DNA of 64,000 nt from a virus. The stretch spans positions 1 to 64,000 of the IMG/VR virus record IMGVR_UViG_3300021092_002038; one strand, written 5' to 3'. Position numbers and translations under genes: made by a program. The notes under the pieces were generated by a model. That model saw nothing but the letters and a program-made list of their open reading frames with translations, was not told where the DNA came from and searched no databases. Every line of letters begins with the position of its first letter. The stretch's first letter is position 1. Shown here piece by piece: positions 59,095 to 64,000 of this stretch.

Positions 59095-62000
59095 TTAATA
59101 AGATGCTTGCGCTAATAATTCGCTCGCACGTTTGCCGTCTATATTTACTGCAATTCCTCCAGATTTCATTAAATTTATAAGTTCATCTAATTTTCCGATC
59201 ATCGTTGTATTATCTTGGCTGGACTTAGCGTTTTTATTTTCTAATTTATCTTGGTCGGACTTAGCGTTTTTATTTTCTAATTTATCTTGGTCGGACTTAG
59301 CGTTTTTATTTTCTAATCTATTACCTAACACAGATGACGTAACTAACTTTAACGTATCGAGTTTTTCTACACTCGAATTTAATTTTTCTAAAGACGTCGC
59401 GAGTTTTGATATTGCATCACTAAAAGTGTTCACTGATTCAAATTCTTGTGCGACTTTTGATATATTCATAAGTGCATCTGCTGTAAATTTCAATTTACTT
59501 CCGATGTCTGCCAAGTCTCGTATTTTCTTTATCGGATCTCCTCCTAAAAACTTTCCAACAAACGAACCAATTCCTGCAACCGCAGATCCCTGTCCAAATG
59601 CCGCTAACGCTAACGAAATAGCACCAATACCTATTGCAGCTTTTAAAAGATCTATCTGAGTTAGTTGAAGTACGGGATCTATTGCTTTTGCAATGCCCTC
59701 GCCGAATAACGTCATTCCTGCGCCCGCCGCGAGTGCGGCCAAACCAAATGGAATAAGTGCTAAACCAAGTGCCGTTATAGCTAATACTCCTGCACCAAAA
59801 ATTAATCCGCCGGGACCTGAAACTAAAGCTCCTAATCCAAATGCTGCTGCCGTAAATCCAATTAATGCTAGTGCGCCAATTCCAACTTGTGCCCAGTCTA
59901 GCTCACTAAACATTTTCATAGCAAATGTAAATGGAAGTAAAGATAATCCAAAGGCCGCAATGCCTAATGCTCCCTTGAAAACTTCGGGTTTTCCCATTTT
60001 TGATATTCCCTCTGATAAACCAGTTAATAATTTTTTTGCAGCGCTTCCGCCTCCAGCTGCACCTGCTATAGATATTGGTATAGCTGCAGCTCCTATTAAT
60101 AACAATCCAGGTGAAGCCAATATCATTGCGGCTGATCCTATAAATACTTTCCCACTTCCCATTGCTTTTATCCCTTCAGCTAAACCTTCGAGAGACTGTT
60201 TTAATTTTTCTCCATTCAAAGTTTGTAACAATTTAGCTCCAAGAAATCCAGGTATCATTAAAGTTAATCCCGCCGATGCTGGAATAAGATTAAATGCGCC
60301 CTTTAAAACTCCGTCTTGTCCCATTTTTTTCAATCCCTCCGCAAGCCCAGTCAAGAACTTTTTAACACCTGGCCCATCAGATCCGCCCATTCCTTTAGTT
60401 TTACTTGCAGTAGAAGACGCATCTGGAGTAGCTGTTGTCGCAACGCCTGATCCTAAAGCCGTTTTCATACGATCTTTTATAAATGTGAATGGTTTTTTTA
60501 TCATGGACATAAGTCCTGAAAGACCCATTTTTCCGAACAAAGCGATAGTAATAATTCCTGCACCACCGAGCACTAAGTTGGTCAGAATCTTCCCCACGTT
60601 CCCAAACGATTCATACAACTTACGAGTGTCTTCAATCGTCTCGTTTATCCACTCGTTAAATGATTGCAATACACTGTTTGACTCCCGAATCAAACCGAAC
60701 AATTCTTTAAAGGGAAGTAAAAGCGCTTTTGCAATTTCTACAACTACTTTTAAAGTAGGAATAAAAATGCCGCCTAACAATTCTACAACAGGGAAAAATA
60801 CATCGCTTAAACTATTACCAAGTGAATGCATTGTGTCGTTTAGTTGGTTTAGCAAGCTTTGCATTTTTGCTTTTTTTAACAAATCGTCTTTGGTTACTTC
60901 TACATTTTCTTTATTTTTTGTGATTAAATCGTCGTATTCTTTGCGTTCCTTCTCACTCATTTTATCCAATTCTTTTTCCATCATCAACATTTTGTTTATC
61001 TCTCCCACCGACATACCTGCAGCTTTTGCAATCGCTTCTTGTTGAAACATGTTCATCTTTTGAAACTCTCCAGTCGACTTTATGGTTGCTAAAGTAGCTT
61101 TTGCTGCCTCTTCGAACTTTCCTGCATATGAGAGTCTACGAGATTCCATGAAGTTTAAATTTTTTCCTACTAAAACTGATGCTTCCATTTCGTCTCCGAT
61201 ACTAGTTTGAAAGTTAAGCATACTTCTTGACGATTCCGTTAAAGTTTTTAAACTTGTTCCAAGTCTCGCTGCCGCTGCGGCTCCTTTTATAAGTTCCAAC
61301 GTGCTGCCTCTAACCATCGAAAGCGCCTGCTCGCCGGCTTCGGCCACATCTTTCATTAATTTATCCAATGGAACACCTGCGGCTTTAGCTAAATTACCTG
61401 CATATGAAGCATAACTTGTAGCAACTTTCGAACTAACTCCACTCAAAGCCATAGTTTGTGTTAAAAACTTTGCACCTGTATCACTGGATACACCTAAATT
61501 TTTACTTAATAAGGCTGTAGTTTCTACCAGTTGTTTATTGTTATTTAATACTTTTACATTTCCAAGGTTATTCATTAAATCTCCTGAGGCTTTGTATCCA
61601 TCCTTTAGCGTCACTCCAAATTTTTGATACTCTTGATTTAACTTTAAAGCTGTATCCTCAAGTTCTTTGGTTTGATCAACGTTTAACTTAGTTTCTTTTC
61701 TAAACTCTTCGGCCTCTTTCTGAAGATCGATAAAACGATCTACGGCTAGCGTTAGTAAATCAGCTATTACTTTTAATGCCAGCGCATATATATTTCCGGT
61801 TTTTGCCACATCCATCCAACCTTTAGCTAAATCTACAACTTTTTTTCCTTGTTCGCCTAAAAGGTCTGCTCCTTTTTTCTTGAGATCTACTTGTGACTGA
61901 GTCATAGAATTCTCCGCTTTAAGAGCATTGATTGTATCCATGAGGGGGCCCGTCTTCTCTACGGATGCGTTCTCTTCACGTAGTCTGTTCAATTCTTCTT

Positions 62001-62268
62001 GAAGACTATTTATAACTGATTGTCTAGTTGATATAGATTCGAGTTGGTGCTCAGTGGTTCTATGTGATCCTTCCATCATCTTAGACAGATCTTGTGTTTT
62101 AGTAATTTTTTCTTCTATTTCACGGATGCTTTTTTTCGCTAACTCCGACGCTTGCTTTTGAAGATTTAACTCTTTAGCCGCTCCTTCTCGCTGTTCGGGT
62201 GTCATTTTATCGACCAACTCTTTACCTGTTTTTTGTGCCTCGGATTTATTTTCGTTTGGATCACTCAT
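59095..62268 (-). CDS. Tape measure protein
   Basis: 1057 aa, helical and A/G/L-rich with a hydrophobic repeat region and C-terminal VNIDGK; lies upstream of the baseplate genes. Confidence 0.85.
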   Translation of the reverse strand: MSDPNENKSEAQKTGKELVDKMTPEQREGAAKELNLQKQASELAKKSIREIEEKITKTQDLSKMMEGSHRTTEHQLESISTRQSVINSLQEELNRLREENASVEKTGPLMDTINALKAENSMTQSQVDLKKKGADLLGEQGKKVVDLAKGWMDVAKTGNIYALALKVIADLLTLAVDRFIDLQKEAEEFRKETKLNVDQTKELEDTALKLNQEYQKFGVTLKDGYKASGDLMNNLGNVKVLNNNKQLVETTALLSKNLGVSSDTGAKFLTQTMALSGVSSKVATSYASYAGNLAKAAGVPLDKLMKDVAEAGEQALSMVRGSTLELIKGAAAAARLGTSLKTLTESSRSMLNFQTSIGDEMEASVLVGKNLNFMESRRLSYAGKFEEAAKATLATIKSTGEFQKMNMFQQEAIAKAAGMSVGEINKMLMMEKELDKMSEKERKEYDDLITKNKENVEVTKDDLLKKAKMQSLLNQLNDTMHSLGNSLSDVFFPVVELLGGIFIPTLKVVVEIAKALLLPFKELFGLIRESNSVLQSFNEWINETIEDTRKLYESFGNVGKILTNLVLGGAGIITIALFGKMGLSGLMSMIKKPFTFIKDRMKTALGSGVATTATPDASSTASKTKGMGGSDGPGVKKFLTGLAEGLKKMGQDGVLKGAFNLIPASAGLTLMIPGFLGAKLLQTLNGEKLKQSLEGLAEGIKAMGSGKVFIGSAAMILASPGLLLIGAAAIPISIAGAAGGGSAAKKLLTGLSEGISKMGKPEVFKGALGIAAFGLSLLPFTFAMKMFSELDWAQVGIGALALIGFTAAAFGLGALVSGPGGLIFGAGVLAITALGLALIPFGLAALAAGAGMTLFGEGIAKAIDPVLQLTQIDLLKAAIGIGAISLALAAFGQGSAVAGIGSFVGKFLGGDPIKKIRDLADIGSKLKFTADALMNISKVAQEFESVNTFSDAISKLATSLEKLNSSVEKLDTLKLVTSSVLGNRLENKNAKSDQDKLENKNAKSDQDKLENKNAKSSQDNTTMIGKLDELINLMKSGGIAVNIDGKRASELLAQASY
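59210..59317. repeat. 36-bp tandem repeat (3 copies, LENKNAKSDQDK)
   Basis: ggacttagcgtttttattttctaat starts at 59221, 59257 and 59293. Confidence 0.95.
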
Positions 62269-62272
62269 AATA

Positions 62273-62280
62273 TATAAATA
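62273..62280 (-). promoter_or_regulatory. TATTTATA putative late promoter of the tail operon
   Basis: Motif lies 4 nt upstream of the tape measure ATG. Confidence 0.6.
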
Positions 62281-62332
62281 TCAAATGCTAAAGGTTATTA
62301 ACGATTTAGTTGATTTAAAATTATAATAAATT

Positions 62333-62560
62333 GCGGATTCTACAGTTAAGGCTTATCGACCTTAAAGAATGTCGGTTATTATAGCGATTTTATGTATAAC
62401 TTGTAGAAGTCGTCAACATCCTGCGGCATCGATACGGAGAAACGAATGATCCGATGTTCACAAAAACCGGAGACAGTTAATCTCTGTCTGTTATTTTAGC
62501 TAGACCGAATTGTTGATAATCGATCTTTTACAGAGAGACGTATTGGGTCGACTCTATGCT
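62333..62560 (+). ncRNA. Putative structured non-coding RNA of unknown class
   Basis: GC-elevated island with no ORF in the track and at least seven nested stems, with G-U pairs that favour the + strand. TATAAT lies at 62322-62327. Confidence 0.6.
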
Positions 62561-62587
62561 AATTTCGTTGTTTATATTTTAAATTTA

Positions 62588-64000
62588 TTAGATAAAAAAC
62601 TTCCTATAATCTGATAGGTTGTATGGTGATCCTTCTTTGATTTGATTGCCAACATCGGAACTTATACCCTTACTTTTATCATTTTTTTTGGTTTTGATTA
62701 ACCCCTTTGCTTTGTCATAGTCATTTCTACCAGCTTTTGACAATGTGTTCAGTTTTTGAATCAATTCAGCTTTACCCTTTACATCAAGTGGTTTCAAACC
62801 ATCTTTTGTAACAATATTCCACTTGTCTCCAAAATATTGATACAAAGACTTTGGAGTTAATGGATCTTCTTCTTGACCAGCCATGACCAATGTCTTTTCT
62901 TTTGGTTTAAATCCATCTTGTTTTGGTTGAGCTTGGCTTGATCCCAACAAGTCCAATCCTTGTAGTGCGTTATCAACCATTTTGTTTGTCTTTTTACTAC
63001 CCTTCTTATATACCAACACATCACCAATGTCCAAACAAGTAATTATAAGTTGTTTTAGATTTGCCTTAGTAAAGCCGTTTGGATTCAATCCTTGTAGAAT
63101 TAGACCTAAATCAATCAATTTAGCAAACATTGCTCTAGCATTTGCGATATCTGGGCCGGTCAAGTTTCCAATAGCGCCAGTATTTGGAACAACTGGCTTA
63201 CCCTTGGTCTCCAAATCTTCGTTCATTGGTAACTTAGGTGGCTGTGCAGGTGCCACGCTAAAATTATAAACACTATTTGGATTCTTTTTGTTGAACACTT
63301 GACGAAGTTCAAAAGTAGCACCCACTAGGTTTGGAATAACAGCGGTAAAGTCGTTGATAAATGCTTGACGTGCTTTATTTTGTGCCAATAAATCTTTAGC
63401 TGCTTCAGCCAGCGAAGTAAACTGAGGATCTTGTGTTATTTCAACACGAACATTATTTGGATCACCAACCTTTTGACGATATTGAGCAGACGCATCACTA
63501 ATTGCTTTACTGAACTTAATCAAGAAGGTCTTTAATGTAGCAATACTAGCCTTAGCCTCTGGACTTTTTGGATCATCAACAGCTTTTAACATATCTACCA
63601 CCCGTTGTTGTAAATTACCAGAGAATAACGGACTTCCCTTCAATCCAGTTACATACTTTGCCAAATTTTTATTTGCATAACTGCCGCCTGAATCACCAGC
63701 ACCAGTAGTTGCACCAGGAGTTGCATCAGAATTTTTGCATTTTGCGATGTCGAGTTGTCCACTCTTCGTATTTTTATATTTTTCGTATATTTTTGGATAT
63801 TTCTTTTCAAATTCATCTAGAAAAGCACAAAAAACAGAACGATAATAGTTATCATCATCTATAACTTTTCCAGTTGAATCAACTTTTACAAAATCGTATT
63901 TTTTGGGATTGTTATATACATTCTTACCAAACTCGTTCCGAAACGCTAGAAGTGTATTTTCTTCTTCACGTGTCAAAGGTTCGCCTGTTGCGGAAGTCTG
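62588..64000 (-). CDS. Hypothetical protein (partial, frame open to window end)
   Basis: The frame of the 462-aa ORF stays open upstream of 63976 (QTSATGEPLTREE), so the real start lies outside the window. Confidence 0.65.
   Translation of the reverse strand, partial: QTSATGEPLTREEENTLLAFRNEFGKNVYNNPKKYDFVKVDSTGKVIDDDNYYRSVFCAFLDEFEKKYPKIYEKYKNTKSGQLDIAKCKNSDATPGATTGAGDSGGSYANKNLAKYVTGLKGSPLFSGNLQQRVVDMLKAVDDPKSPEAKASIATLKTFLIKFSKAISDASAQYRQKVGDPNNVRVEITQDPQFTSLAEAAKDLLAQNKARQAFINDFTAVIPNLVGATFELRQVFNKKNPNSVYNFSVAPAQPPKLPMNEDLETKGKPVVPNTGAIGNLTGPDIANARAMFAKLIDLGLILQGLNPNGFTKANLKQLIITCLDIGDVLVYKKGSKKTNKMVDNALQGLDLLGSSQAQPKQDGFKPKEKTLVMAGQEEDPLTPKSLYQYFGDKWNIVTKDGLKPLDVKGKAELIQKLNTLSKAGRNDYDKAKGLIKTKKNDKSKGISSDVGNQIKEGSPYNLSDYRKFFI

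Noticed and set aside
59132-61045. Long plus-strand ORFs (175 aa and 450 aa)
   Set aside because: They are antisense shadows of the Ala/Gly/Leu-rich tape measure gene, with no independent motifs.
62540-62560. tRNA or tmRNA suggested by gggtcgactc
   Set aside because: It lacks the full TTCGA T-loop, an acceptor stem and a CCA end, and no cloverleaf can be built.
1-64000. Stop-codon reassignment, inteins or introns
   Set aside because: Core genes are full length and tightly packed in the standard code. Polymerase B, RNR, helicase and RecA show no large insertions.

Overview
This is a 64-kb, AT-rich, gene-dense segment of a large T4-like (myovirus-type) bacteriophage genome. It is almost all on the minus strand and reads in the standard genetic code. 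It holds a tail-fibre region (1-2.8 kb) and a block of basic, modular, probable internal-head proteins that includes a SleB-type wall hydrolase (7.4-11.6 kb). The T4-like replisome comprises a family B polymerase, clamp, clamp loader subunits, DnaB-like helicase, ssDNA-binding protein, RecA and RNase H, plus a second, short family A polymerase. Nucleotide metabolism is represented by class II RNR, dUTPase and dNMP kinase. Also present are a ~10-kb sugar-nucleotide/glycosyltransferase island with decaying gene stubs, three Mom/DUF4338 GNAT-like genes, UvsE, a MoxR AAA+/VWA pair, and baseplate and tape-measure genes. Two promoter classes can be read from the sequence, and both mostly give near-leaderless transcripts: sigma70-like TTGAC-N16/17-TAnnnT, and a TATTTATA motif. 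The best novelty candidates are (1) an unannotated ~230-nt structured plus-strand RNA at 62333-62560 with self-complementary UCGA loops, (2) a holin-like membrane protein fused to a PAS domain, (3) polyprotein-like head proteins bounded by (L/I/V/M)xE sites, and (4) the Mom/DUF4338 trio as a possible DNA-modification system. No tRNA, rRNA, CRISPR array, intein or IS element was seen. All family assignments come from motif recognition by eye, not from database searches.
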